Of a stretch of 64,000 bases of DNA, positions 1 to 12,818 are shown piece by piece; the stretch's first letter is position 1; every line of letters starts with the position of its first letter. The notes under the pieces are model-generated. The model ran no database searches and was not told the origin of the DNA. It worked only from the letters and a program-made list of their open reading frames with translations. The position numbers and the translations under genes were made by a program. Origin of the DNA: Eledone cirrhosa (lineage: Eukaryota). The stretch lies in the NCBI GenBank assembly GCA_964016885.1, contig OZ024740.1:143158001-143222000 (forward strand), read 5' to 3'.

Positions 1-3000
1 GGATCTTCTTTTGTCTTAAAACTGAGATTAGTTGGGGGTATTTTGTCTTCTGTTGTTTTCAGTATGTTCTGGTCAGTTCTTTTCCCACTTACTTCATGTT
101 CAGTAATATATGTAAAAGACAAATTCTTAGCAACTGTTTGAGTTCCTTCAGTTGTTTCTATCAAAAGTGTTTTTGGTTTCAGGAATGAATCCCCCTCCAA
201 AAAATCTAATTCTGATACTTCTGTTCTTCCAGTGATTCTCTTCCTTTCTTTATCTATATCTGTTCCTTTAAAAAACATCTGCCTGTTAGTGTCACTTGTT
301 GGTGCCGTCTCTTCTTTCAATGTTTCAGAAATGTTAACATGCTTTTCCGTGCTCTTTAAAGCAGTTGTTGATTGAGGAATGGTTGGTTTGTGTGAGATAT
401 CAGGTTCTTCAACCAGAATATCAGGCAAGATCTGATGTAGTTGATGGATGCCTCTGTTAATTGGAGAAGCACCCAAATGATGCTGATATTCACTGTATTC
501 ATCTTCTGGTGTAAGGTGTATCTTTTTATCCTCCAACTGAGGTAATGACTCTCCAAGTTCTATCTCGCCTAGTAGATGTTCACCCTCATCCACATACGAT
601 GCTTGGGATATTATCAGATCCTTTTCGGTGTCTTTCTTTAAAATATCAATGTTTCTATCATCAGCCTGTGATATTGTTGGTTTAACTGTATGTCCACCCA
701 GTCCCCATTTCCCTATAGTTCCTTCAATGTATACAGAACTGTTTATTCTATCATCATGCATTTTTTCTATAGTTTCAGTACTGTTCTTTTTATCTCTCCA
801 GGTTTCCTCAGGCAGCAGATTATAAGAATTCTCATCGTATATCAAAAATGCATTTGCTGAGGTTAGCTTTGGAATTTCTGTGGCATTTGCATCATCAGTC
901 TGTAGCATTTCCCCTAAAAATGTTGGTTCTTTATACGTTTGGCTTGAATTGAAATCAATAATAGGAATTCCTTCTAAATTAGCCAAACTGCCTTTTGATA
1001 CCTGTTGGTCTTCCTTACCAAATGTAAGCAATCTTTGGTGAGTGCTGTCTTTACTTATTTTGACAGATGTATTATCTAAATCTGAATAAGATGGCTCCAA
1101 AGAAATTCCATAAAAAAATGAAGACTGATTTGGTTCAGTTTCAATCTCTTCTGTAGTATTATCTATCTCTTTTAATTGACTTTCCATTCCTTTTATGTCA
1201 ATATCTTTTGATGTTTTAGAGATATTCAGAAATTGTGGTGAGTGTGTTGAGGTGAGTGGAACATCTGTATCAACAAGTCGTTCTTTTGTTTCTGTGAAAG
1301 AAACATTTTGAATCATATTTCCCTTACTGGGATAAGACCATTTGCGAACAATATCTTTTATGTTGGTTACTAAGCTAGGCTGAAATGAGTTAAAGATTTT
1401 CTTTGGAGTTACAGAAAAAATGTTATGATCAGTTTCTTTAAGATCTATTTTCTTGGCATCAGTTTTGTTTTCAACAGTGGTTTTATTTTGATATATAATT
1501 GTTGCAGATGTTGATAAGATATTACTTGGGGATACCTGAAATTTATTTGGTAAGTCTTTTTCTGTTACACCCAGCGGTTGACCAATGAAATCAGAATAGT
1601 AGCTGCTTCCAGAAGAATAATGTTTCACATCACCATCATCAACATCTTCTACTAATTCATTATCATTGGGCTTGGCAATGTCTATTTCTTGTGTTCTACT
1701 ATCATCTTCATCATCATTAATATCTCTTTGGCTTTGTAAGAGCTTTGTATCACCATGGCTATCTTGAAATAACTTTGCTTCTCTGTGGCTGTGTTTTGAG
1801 TGTTTCCCTTCCCAAAGACTATCATGTGAGGGGTTCTTATCTCCAAGGCTATCTTGCGATTGCTTTCCTTTCCATAGATTAGAACGTAAGTGTTTTTTCT
1901 CTCCATTGATACCTTGTAACTCTATTTTTTCTCTAAGATTATCACGTGTGTGTTTTTTTCCTCCATGGCTATCTTGTGAGAGTTTTCCTTCTCCTTGACT
2001 TTCGTACACTTTTTGAAATATATCATGTGATAAATATTTGTCTAATACAACTGAATCAGATTTCTCTTGGAAATCACTGCCAAATAATCTTGGTTTGTCT
2101 ATGTGTGTGTGTTTACTCTTGATCTTCACCTTTTCAGTATCCTTGCCCTCACTAAGGGGGTGTTTCCTTGGACTTAGAGGATCATTTAAATTCATTTCAT
2201 CGTTATATTGTGTTAATAAATCTGAATTGTCTTTCATTAACTTATGCTTTGGTAATTTTCTATTTGTTAAACCTGAAGAATCTAAATGGTTTCTTTGATT
2301 ATCAAATTTAACAAGTACACCATCTGGAGCACTGTTATAAGGAACCTGAAAAGCATTTTCAACAGGATCCATGTGGCTGATATCTACTTCCCCTAAGTAA
2401 TCATATGGATCATATACACTCCCATGGTAATTATATACATTTTCATATTGGTGATTTTCAATAATATCATTGAGTGGATGTCCATTCTCAGTAGGATACT
2501 GAACACTGCCTTGATTAGTAGGATCAAGGTCTTTTCCATTTCGTCCTTGAGAATTTATATTAATATTGTGTTTCTGGTGATCATTATTTACTTCTTGTTG
2601 AACACTGAAATCAATTCCACCCTCATAGAGTCGAGGAATATTTTCATCAAAGTAATTTTTAAATTGTGTTTTACCTAATTGTTCATTGACTAATGGATAA
2701 CTGTTTTCGCTACCCTGACCAGCTAAGTCATAATTAGAAAAGCTTTGGTGTAGTTTTTGATAACTAATTTTATTTGTATTGTAATCTTTATCATTTAGTG
2801 ATACATTTTTCTCCAACCCTGATTCCTCATAGGCTAATGTATCGTTCCATCTTGGATTTGAAATGGCGATGTCGAAACTTGTATCTCTCCAATTTTTACT
2901 ATTTTGCTCAAATGTGTTGTTTCCGAAATCTCCAGAAATATTTTCATCTTCCAACAGTCTGCCACCTATTTCTGGTGTCTCCAAACCATTATTATCAATG

Positions 3001-6000
3001 TCTAAACTATTCTTCAAGTAGACACCTTCCAAGGCAACCTGTGTGTCATCATGAACATCAATTACATTTGGTTTTCCTTTATTCTTTTGCCTCACTAGGT
3101 CAATGTCAATTACTTCTTTATCAGTTTTCTTCTTATGCTCATTTCTGTTAAGAAGTTCTACTTCATTTTTGTCATCCCACAGTGGAGAACTACTTGATCT
3201 GTTCATTACTTTTATATTAAATTTGTTAAAAGCTTTATTTGGATCTGAAAAGTTTTCATGGACATAGGTTTTATGTATTTTATGGATGTCTGAATGTGAA
3301 GATTTATTGACAATCTTATCCATTTCATCTTTTAAGTGATAATATAATCTTTTGTATTTTTCTGGCAAATTTCCTTCCTTTAAAAGTTTATAAATCCGCC
3401 AATACTGACGAGGTATATTTTGAGTTTCTAACCCATGTAAAGAACTTTTCCAGTTTCTATTTTTCCTCCATAACATTTCTGAGCTATGAGAATCTCTAGG
3501 CAAATAGATTTCCTGGTTTTCTTCTCGTCTGCCTTCTCCAAAAATTTGACCCTTTCTCCCATAGGTTCTATAAAATTCTTGACCTGATCGAACTCCTTCT
3601 AAAGACCGGAGGGAGGCATCATCTGTCATCTTGTCACGATTACGTAAATGACTTTTGAAAAGGCTGGAAGTTTTCTTTTTCATGGCATTTTTCAGACGAT
3701 TCTCATTTAATGTCCGTTTGCTTTCAGTGGAGCCTAATAAGTTATGAGAGTCAGCGGCTGTGACAAGTATTTTGTTATGTAAACTGTGTGAACTTAACTT
3801 CCATTTTTTGTTTGGATAGTTTAGTTCATCTGCCATACTATTGGAGTCTAATTGGCTATCCTCAACTGAATCAAATGTATCATCGTGGTTTAATGGAGAC
3901 TGCCCATAGAGAGCACTTATTGAATTGTGTGACATAAGTGGGATATTTGATTTATTTGGCTTCACTTCAGCATTACCCAACACATATAAATTGTTCAGGT
4001 TATTTGGGTTATTTCTCTTTATTGTGTTTACTATATCTGATGTAGAATGTGTATCTTCATTATCATGTGGTATCCTATTATTATCATGTTTAGAAAAATG
4101 TTTCTTGTACATTATATCTTTGTACATCACTGGCAATTCTTCATTTTCATCATCTGAATCGATTCCATATAATTTGTCCTCTTGATATATTCCAGTGGGA
4201 AGCTGTATCTTCGTTTTCAATTTATCAAATTTTGGATAGTGATAGTCATCAATGATATGATCACTTTCAATATCGGGGAATTCTTCTTGTGACCCACTTA
4301 TTTCTCCATAAACAGGAGACATCTTTTCATGATTTAGTTGAATACGAGATACAGTCTTATACGAATCGTCTCTGCCTCTTGCTAATAGTGAATGAAATGC
4401 TGGTTGTTTATTAGTGTATTCCATATTTTCTTGCACTTCTCTTTCTTCATCTGCGCCCTCATTGAAGTCATCTTTATCTTCATTCTGTTTGTCTACAAAA
4501 CTTCGGATATCTTTTAAAGTGTTTAAATAGACAGGATTTAAAGAATCAACATGTTGCCTATCTATATTTGGGGGTTTATATTTAATTGTATTGATCACTA
4601 AATTATGATTTGACTGACTGTGTTCACCAGAATCGTCATCATCATCATCTTTCACACTAGAAACCACAGTGAACACATTTGGAATTCCATGTAAGGGATC
4701 TTGTCTGTAATCATCAACACTTTTTGGATATTCCAAGGGTATTTTTCTATATTTATTGTCATCCTCAATCGACTGGGAGTCACTTTTCTGGGAATCCAAT
4801 GGATCTGTTTTAATGGTATGAAGGTTTGAATGAATACCCCGGATTGCATTATGATTTGGGGGGAATCTTTCTAGAAAATTATCCCGAGGGAAATCATCAG
4901 ATTTATTCTCAGCTGATTTTGATTTCTTCAATGATTTAATGTTATCTCTTTCCAAATTTGATCCATTTAATGTCCAGTCAATATCAGGAATTTCTACTAC
5001 TTCTCTAACACGGTTACCAAACAGCTCAGTATCAGCTTGGAAGTGAATATTTGGGTATAATTTCCGAAATCTTTTCCTTCTAGGAATGTTATTATTCCCA
5101 GTACGACGAGCTTTTTTGAAAGGATGGCCAATATTTTTGTATCTAAATTTATTTTTCATTTTACGAGCATTGCTTTTATATCGGTTTGTGGCAGGGCGGG
5201 ATTTGTTATTAAGTCGAAAACGCTGGTCTTTTCTGAGAGTTTTGCTTTCTGATATTCCTCTGTGGTAATCTTCAACATGTTTACTAATTCCTCTACTGGA
5301 TGCACGGATGTTGAAAATGTTTTCTTTAGTTCCTAATTCAATCAAAAGATTATTCAAAGAACTTTTCTTTTCACTTAATTGCTGCAGCGGTTTGAAAGAT
5401 GTCCGATAAAGTTGGTTAGAGCTGTTTACACTAAAAGATGGTCGATGAAGCTTATCAGAGCTATTTAAACTAAAGGAGATATCGTTTATAGAAATTGAAG
5501 TTTTGGTGGAATTGTTACGGGTGTTTTTTGTTATTTCATTGTTCTTCGTGATATTTGAAGGTGCCAACAAATGTTTTTTATTTGTCTCATTTAAAGGTGC
5601 ATATGAATTTTTTCTTGGAGTGTCATTTAGAGGTGCATATGAGCTTTTGTTAGACATCTGTTGAAAACTAGAATCCTTATTAGTATTCATATTGACTGCT
5701 TTAACAAATTGTTTGTGTTTGTCTTCAGGAAACTTTTCACTTTGCTCCACTGCTGGAGTGGGCTTGATAGTGCTTACTGGTTTTTCACCATCATTATCTA
5801 GTATAACTAATATTCCATTTGAGTATGAGTGATCAGCCTTCATTATTGGACTAGCCTTTTTGCCTTCAACAAAATCCTCTGAAGAGGATTGCTTGAGCTG
5901 TTTTTGTTCTTCATTATCAACATTTTTCTTTGTCTTTGAATCATTATCTAAGACTATTAGGAGGGTATCAGGTGAATCATGGTTTTTGTGTATATTTTCT

Positions 6001-8107
6001 GGCAGTCGTTTTTGATTATCTTGTTCTTCTGATGTTTCTTCTACTGCATTCTCTGAAGAATTAATATTGTCATCTTGGTCATCATCATCTTGATCCTGTT
6101 TCAACTGACCCAAAGGTACAATTGTACTTTCACCATAAAAATGATTTACTTCATTTACTCTGCCTGTATCAAGGGCAACATCTGATCCATGCATATCTAC
6201 ATATGAAGGTGGTTCTTGATAATCTGTCTCATCTCCTTGCTCTTGCTCTGTAGAAGTGTTTTCATCAGAGCTGTCTTCGTTATTATCATCAACATGTATA
6301 TTGGGATATTGCTGATAATAATCCACTTTCCCTTGATCTAGTTGATCATTACCAGTATAAGGATGATAGTTATATTGAAAACCCCCAGCAATATCCATTG
6401 AATTTAGACCTGGATTCAATGAGTGGTAGTATGAGGGTGAAAATTGACTTTGATCACTTTCTGATGTATCTTCTGAAGAATCTTGATCTTCTGTTCGGGG
6501 AGCTGGCATATCTTTTCTATGGTCACTTGAAATCATGACAAACTGAGAAGGCTGACCAATATTTGCACGGAAATTAGACCAAGGTGGTGTTTTTCTGAGC
6601 ATGCCATATCGGTTTGGTCGTCGATTTACTCTGAACTGATTTCTAAAAGTCTTAAGAGGAAGTTTGGTTGAAGGCAAATGAAGTTTTCGTCTTTGGATTA
6701 ATCGTCTTTGCTTTTGACGCAAATTAAATTGTTGAGTAAAGTCATATCGAGGTGTCCGAAAATTTGGTTTCATATCATTGTAATTTTTAGTTCGTATTGT
6801 AAATGTGGAAGGAAGTCGTGTTTGGGTCTGGTGGGGAGAATCATAGTTATCTTTATCTTCTGCAGATGACATCATAATCTCATTATCTATATCATCTTTC
6901 TTGTCTAGTTTCTCATCTTTTTGTCTTTTCTCATTGTCTTCATCTATTTTGATTTCAGATGAATTTTCATCTTCTTTCTTTGTTTTGATATCAGGTTGTG
7001 ATGTGACAGGAATATCTCTTAGATATTGCATATTAGTTTTGAAGCCAAAAGATTTCTGATGTTCAAATTCAGGATAAATCGTTTGATAAGAAGAGCCTCT
7101 ATAATGGACAATATCACCATTATGATTAAACATAAATGCATTTGGTTGATGTGTTCCAGAATCAATCATATTAGGAGATGTCATGGCAAGAAATGGTTGT
7201 TTATTCTTCCCTTTCACAAGTTTTTGTTGCACAACTTGTTCCTTCTTATATTTCTGTGATCTTTGATTTTCTTCCATAGAATATTTATAGTCTTTCTTAT
7301 AGGGTTTTAAGGGAGATGTGTTTCGATGGCTAGGATCATTCTTTAAAGGAACATGTTTCTCATTGTATTTCCCATCTGACCAAGTATTCAACAATGTGGT
7401 ATTCCTGGAAGTTGGAGTATTAAGATATCTATTTGAACTTTCAGTTGTTACTTTTTCAGGAGCACGACTGAGTCCAGTCACATGACTTGTCTCAGCTACT
7501 TGAGTTTGTTCTGGTACACGATTTATCTGATAAGCATGGTTCTGTTCATTTTTGAATTTAGCCATTTTGCGGTTTTTAAGCATTAAATGTTGAATAAGCT
7601 GACGTTGCTTAACTTTTCCTAATGTTCTAAACTTTTCCATTTGTCCAGTCTTTAAAAGTAGTTGTCTGTACATCTGCAAGGTATCAGTCTTCTTGTTATG
7701 CACGTTTGACCAGTCATTTTTGTTTAAACTCATCATTTTCATCGGTCTTTTGTAGTTTTTTGTGTTTTGCTCTTTTCGACTAACATCTTTCTCTGTTGAA
7801 TTTCTGCCATTTACTATTTGTTTATCTTTATTATTCCGCTTTCTTGTACTTCGCAGAGAATTCATTGTGTTATAATAATGTCTCTTGTTGGATTCTTGTG
7901 AGCTGTCAGCACTCTCAGTATGGGCTGAGGCTGAATTTTTAAAGAATGATCTCTTCATTGGTTTATGACCATCCCTCTTGCTCTGGGACCCTTGAAATAC
8001 CTTCATCCGATAGTTTAAGTCATAAGGAATAAATTCTTGTGTAGCAACACTTGAATCTTTTGAATCTTTCTCAAATTCAGAGTTACTCCAATTTCTTCCA
8101 TCTCCAC
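1..8107 (-). CDS. Giant coding exon (at least 8.1 kb, at least 2,700 codons, runs off the left edge) of an uncharacterised low-complexity, probably secreted protein
   Basis: The minus frame whose plus-strand triplets start at multiples of 3 had no stop in every segment I translated (3-780, 1683-1860, 3003-3060, 4623-4680, 5043-5280, 6243-6300, 7143-7260, 8070-8105). The ORF track lists no terminated ORF in this frame, as expected if it stays open to the edge. Acceptor tttgcag|GT at 8108/8107. The exon starts (G)GDGRNWSNSEFEKDSKD. No transposons or microsatellites interrupt it. Confidence 0.92.
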
Positions 8108-8744
8108 CTGCAAATCAATCAGAGCAAGATCTTAATCATAAAACTATAGAATGGTTTGTATTATTACAATTGGAATTTACACAGATTAATTATATTGTTA
8201 CTGATTCCTTGACCAATATTCTGATAACCCACTAGCTCAGCATAGATGATTTGATTGTTTAGTAGTGACGCAGATATAATAAAAACAGTATGGATCCTCA
8301 CCTGGAAAGTTTCTCTCTCAGGCATTGTCCTGAGCATGGTTGTTTCTATGGAAGACCAGCTGCTGTTCAACATGCAAGTCCCCACTCTCTATACCAACAA
8401 TGTTATTCAAAGAAAAGGTAAGAGGTGATATAATTTGGGATGAGTGTCAAGGCATCTCTTCTTAGGCTTTAGCAATTCTGCCAAGCCACCAGCATAAAAG
8501 GCAAAGTTGAATTTGCCAGAATAATACAAAAGTGTAAAATAGAATAATAAGACAAATGAGGAATAAAACTGAAAAAAATAAGATTACTAATTTTACTGCA
8601 GTCTCTCCTCCTCATAAATCTTCTGAACAATTTGCTAAGATATTGTATATATCAACATTTTAGGCACTAAGGAAGAGAGCAGCACAGAAAGGGAGAGGAG
8701 GAGAAATGTTTGGAACAGTCAATTGTAAAGTCAAACGATTAAGA

Positions 8745-9900
8745 TTTTCAGGCTGCGTTGCCCAAGCAATTTAGGGGTCTTGGTCTCCGTAAGTGTTCGT
8801 CCCTCTCTCTCCCCTGCTTCCTTTCTTCCACCCACGCTTGCTCCACCCTGGTGAGCAGCATCCTCTCCTCTCCAGCATGGACTAGTTCCAACAGGGAGTT
8901 GGGTGAAGCACTCCAGCAATGGAGTGAGTTGGGCTTGTCTCTTCCTGAGAAGGTGGAGGACAGTCGAAGTCAGAGAACTTGGGACAATATAAGTTCGAAG
9001 GCCACCTTCGACTCCCTCTTCGTCCAGTCAGATCAGTTTGCAAGGTGCCGCTTACTATCTGCCAGCACCAAATACTCAAGCGACTGGGTTAATGCCCTAC
9101 CCATGGCCAATGTTGGTGGCCTACTCAGCCTGGATGAACTTCATGTCTCCATCGCTCTCAGAGTGGGAGCTGAGGTCTGCATGGGTTTGAGGTGCCGATG
9201 CAGCAAACTCCTCGACTCCACAGGCCTCCATGGTCTTTCTTGCCGCCTGAATGCTGGCCACTTCGCGCGTCACATGGAGCTAAATCTTATTCTCAAGAGA
9301 GTTTGGCCTGGGCGAACATCCCCTCAGTCTTGGAACCATCTGGGTTGTCCAAAAGTGATGGCAAAAGACCTGACGGCCTTACCCTGTGCCCCTGGTCGAG
9401 AGGCAGGTGCCTTGTCTGGGACATCACTATTAGTGACTCTTTAGTAAAAGGCGAAAGATTTATCCGCTCGGGGTGAGGAGAAACCAGAGTTATTAGTGAC
9501 TCTTTTGCTCTTTCCCTCATCCTGGATGCTGCGGTTAGGATGAGAGCCACAGCTTCCACAGCCGAGTAAGACCCTCAAATACTCTGATCAGTCGGCAGCT
9601 ACATTTTTCAGCCCGTGGCTTTCAAGACATTTGGGGGGAGTCGGGCCACTGACTGCGAGGTTCCTCTCTTCACTGGCAGCTCGCCTAATAGAGGTAACTG
9701 GCGAATCTCACGAGGGCGCTTGGTTGTTCCAGCGCATTAGCCTCGCCATCACCAGAGGCAACACTGCGAGTGTGCTGGGTTGCCTCAAAAGTCATTAGAG
9801 AGGTTTCCCAGTACCCCTCACTGCTGTCTTTTGCTCTGGTGTTGGCTCGGTTGTTCACCTCTCCCTTTACATTTTCTTTAATATTGTAACATTAAAAGAA
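8745..9900 (+). mobile_element. 5'-truncated non-LTR retrotransposon 3' end with restriction-like endonuclease (CRE-like)
   Basis: GLGLR; zinc knuckle CRC..D..GLH..SC....GHFARH; LEPSGL..DGKRPDGLTLCPWSRGRCLVWDIT; C-terminal FQPVAF..G..G...WLFQRISLAITRGNTASVLG. Frameshift near 9297. Confidence 0.8.
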
Positions 9901-10712
9901 TATATCTTTCTGAAAGAATCGCGAGCAATTTATAATGTTATCTAAGCATTTGTAATGTTATTTATGTATATATTTAAAACATATTTGTTATGTTATTCTA
10001 CTGTAAATTTATTTATATGCTCTGTTTATATTTTCATTCTGAAAGAATTACAAATTGAAAATGGATTTTTCAAAAGAAAAAAAAAGTACAGACGTAAAAT
10101 TGTTGAATGTTTAAAAAAAAAATCATAGGTGTCTGTAATTATAACATACTTATAACATATGTCTCAGACATAAGGTGGGAGAGCTACACTTATTGGTCTA
10201 TCTATATATTGTTATCTAACAAATGGTTAAACAAATTTTAGTGTTTGAAATCTGCTGTGAATGCAAATAGAAAGCAGTTCAGAATATTTATTAATGTGAA
10301 GAATTTAAAAAACAATATTTCATAACTGTTTGAAGTGAACAACAAACTGATTGTAGTCTGGTAAAGTATATTAATTTCTGTTTGATTTCAAAATTTACAT
10401 TGTTATGTTTGAAACTTCACATGAAATTTGACAAGCTAGTGTCATTTGTTCAAAGTTGGTCTCGGAATGAACAAAAAGGCTGAGAGTAGTGATTTTTAAA
10501 CGAATTTGAATTCAATCTCATATGTGATTTGGAAACAGTACTTGTATTCACAGAAGCAAAGTATCTTTAATAGTACATTGATGGTCTAGTGAATATTCAT
10601 TGTATAATTACAATTTGGGGACTGTTGAGTAGTAGTGGAATCATATAGCTTGGATCTATTCATATCAGATAATGATTGTCCAAAATTATATAGGTTTTTT
10701 TCTTTAAATCTT

Positions 10713-11034
10713 ATAATAATTGTTTCTACTTTTTGGCACAAGGCCAGCAATTACCCAGTGCATTACTGGTACTTTATTTTATCGACCCCGTAAGGATGAA
10801 AGGCAAAGTTAACCTCGGCGGGATTTGAACTCATTTGAACTTATAATAATTGTTTCTACTTTAGCCACAAGGCCAGCAATTACCCAGTGCATTACTGGTA
10901 CTTTATTTTATCGACCCCGTAAGGGTGAAAGGCAAAGTCAACCTCGGCGGGATTTGAACTCAGATCGTAAAGGGACGTAACTATGCTGGAAAGCATGGCG
11001 TCCGACACTCTACCGATACTGCCAATCCACCGCC
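10713..11034 (-). mobile_element. tRNA-derived SINE family A: a full copy (10843-11034) in tandem with a 5'-truncated copy (10713-10833)
   Basis: A-box TGGCAGTATCGG, B-box GAGTTCAAATCC, body CTTTGCCTTTCATCCTTACGGGGTCGATAAAATAAAGTACC and an (ATT) tail. The same sequence recurs elsewhere in the window. Confidence 0.8.
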
Positions 11035-11684
11035 TATAATAATAATTATAGATTAGGAGGAGAAATGCTTTTGCAACAATTTAAAGAAAACTTTTGCTAT
11101 GATGGTCATAACCCTTTTGGTTGAAGGGAGGGTTCACCTAAGTTATATTTCTTCTTCTAGTTTTTCTTCTAACACTATTAAGAGCTGGGTTATCTCTTGT
11201 CAGTAAAACTATTATGTTGTAAAGCATCACTGTAATATTTAGATGCATTATGAAATACAACTTCATTAGAAAATAGATTGAAGATACATAAAGATATATA
11301 TTTAAAAAGATTATCTATGATATTTTTGGAGTGAGTCATTCGGTTTCCTGAAAGGTGAGAATTGTGGCTCATTAAGGTTAAACATTTCATCAAGCTGGCT
11401 GATTATCATATAATTTGATTTAGTTAAATTCTTTGGAAATTTTATGAAGTTCTTTTCTGAATCTTTCACTTATTTATGATGAAAGTTTCTGAGTATCAAC
11501 AAACTACCATCTGGGTTTGATGAAATAAAGTAGCAGTAATTTGCTGAAAGCTAAGGTAACTGACGATACCATTCCTTTATAAATATTTGATCTTGTGTCA
11601 ATGTAAGAAATTATTATCTGTATTACAAAATTAATATTGAGGAATACCACCTCCATATATATATGTATATATATATATATACAC

Positions 11685-12474
11685 ACACAAAGGTCATCTG
11701 AAAAGTTCTTAGGCAGACCAAAATACTCTCATGGGATGTGACCAAATGAGGTTTATTTTTCAACATAGTCCTCCTTGCAGTCCACACACTTCTTCCATCG
11801 GTGTGGCAGTGCTTGGAGCCCATTGGTGAAGAAGCTCTCATCCTGTTGGTCAAAACATCAAGGAAACCAGCTGGATCTGCCTCAAACAGATTTTCCTGTG
11901 ATGTGATCAACCTGGTGTGCTTTTGATCAGGTTTCAGAAGACGTGGCACCTACCAAGCAAAAATCTTCATCATGCCAAGTATATTGAGCAGAATATTCTC
12001 AACTCTCTCACAGGATATTTGATTTATAGTCAATTGCATGTCATCAATCACCATATGGTGAACATGATCAATGTTTTCCTTGGTAGTGGCAGTTGCAGGA
12101 CGTCCAGATCTTGGGTCATCTTCAAGACTCCTTCTTCCCATCTTAAATTCAGCTACTCACTTTTTCACTGCTGATAAAGCTGGAGTGTCATCCCTTAATG
12201 TAAATATCATGTCAGCATGAATGCCCTTGGGGGCTAAGCCCTTTTTCTGCATGTAATTGTTAACACCATGATGCCAAATTTGGTCCATTTTCAAGAGAAG
12301 TCACTACTAGTTACTTTTGAAGTCTTCTTTGAACAGTTAGATGTCAGTTTATTTTGAAAAAAACAATAGTTATTAATAAGAAAAGTTAAAATTAATGCAT
12401 GCAAGATTTCACACACAACTCTAGTATCACTGGTTCATAGTCAGCCTATTAACTTTTCAGCCCATCCTCATGTA
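11685..12474 (-). mobile_element. Internally deleted mariner (Tc1/mariner) relic
   Basis: GRRSLEDDPRSGRPATATTKENI and (W)VPRLLKPDQK motifs. Imperfect TIRs with core ctgaaaagtt(c/a)(t/a)taggc at both ends. TA flanks. Confidence 0.8.
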
Positions 12475-12489
12475 TATATACATATATAT

Positions 12490-12810
12490 CATCATTATCA
12501 TCACCATTTAACGCCCATGTTTCCATGCAGGCATGTGTTAGATGAGTTATTCTGTTGTAAGCAATGACAGGTCAGGTGACCATGTTTTGCTCATACAGAA
12601 CCAATTTTGGCTTGGTTTCTACAGCTGGATGCCCTTCCTTGTGCCAACCTCATTTACAGTGAGTACTGGGTGCTTTATGTTGTGATACCTACATGACCAC
12701 TTTACAGTATGGACTGGGTGCTTTTTGTCATGACACCTACATAACCACTTTACAGTGTGGACTGGGTACTTTTTGCTGTGTCGCCATCACAACCACTTTA
12801 CAGTGTGGGC
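12490..12810 (-). mobile_element. Short non-coding RTE-tail element with 3-4 copies of the 47-bp unit
   Basis: (ATG)n tail, the gttaggaagggcatccagctgtagaaa module, and repeated accactttacagtgtggactgggtg units. Confidence 0.65.
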
Positions 12811-12818
12811 TATATATA

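Noticed and set aside
356-7259. Short ORFs in the track over the first 8 kb
   Set aside because: They are antisense or off-frame shadows of the giant minus-strand exon.
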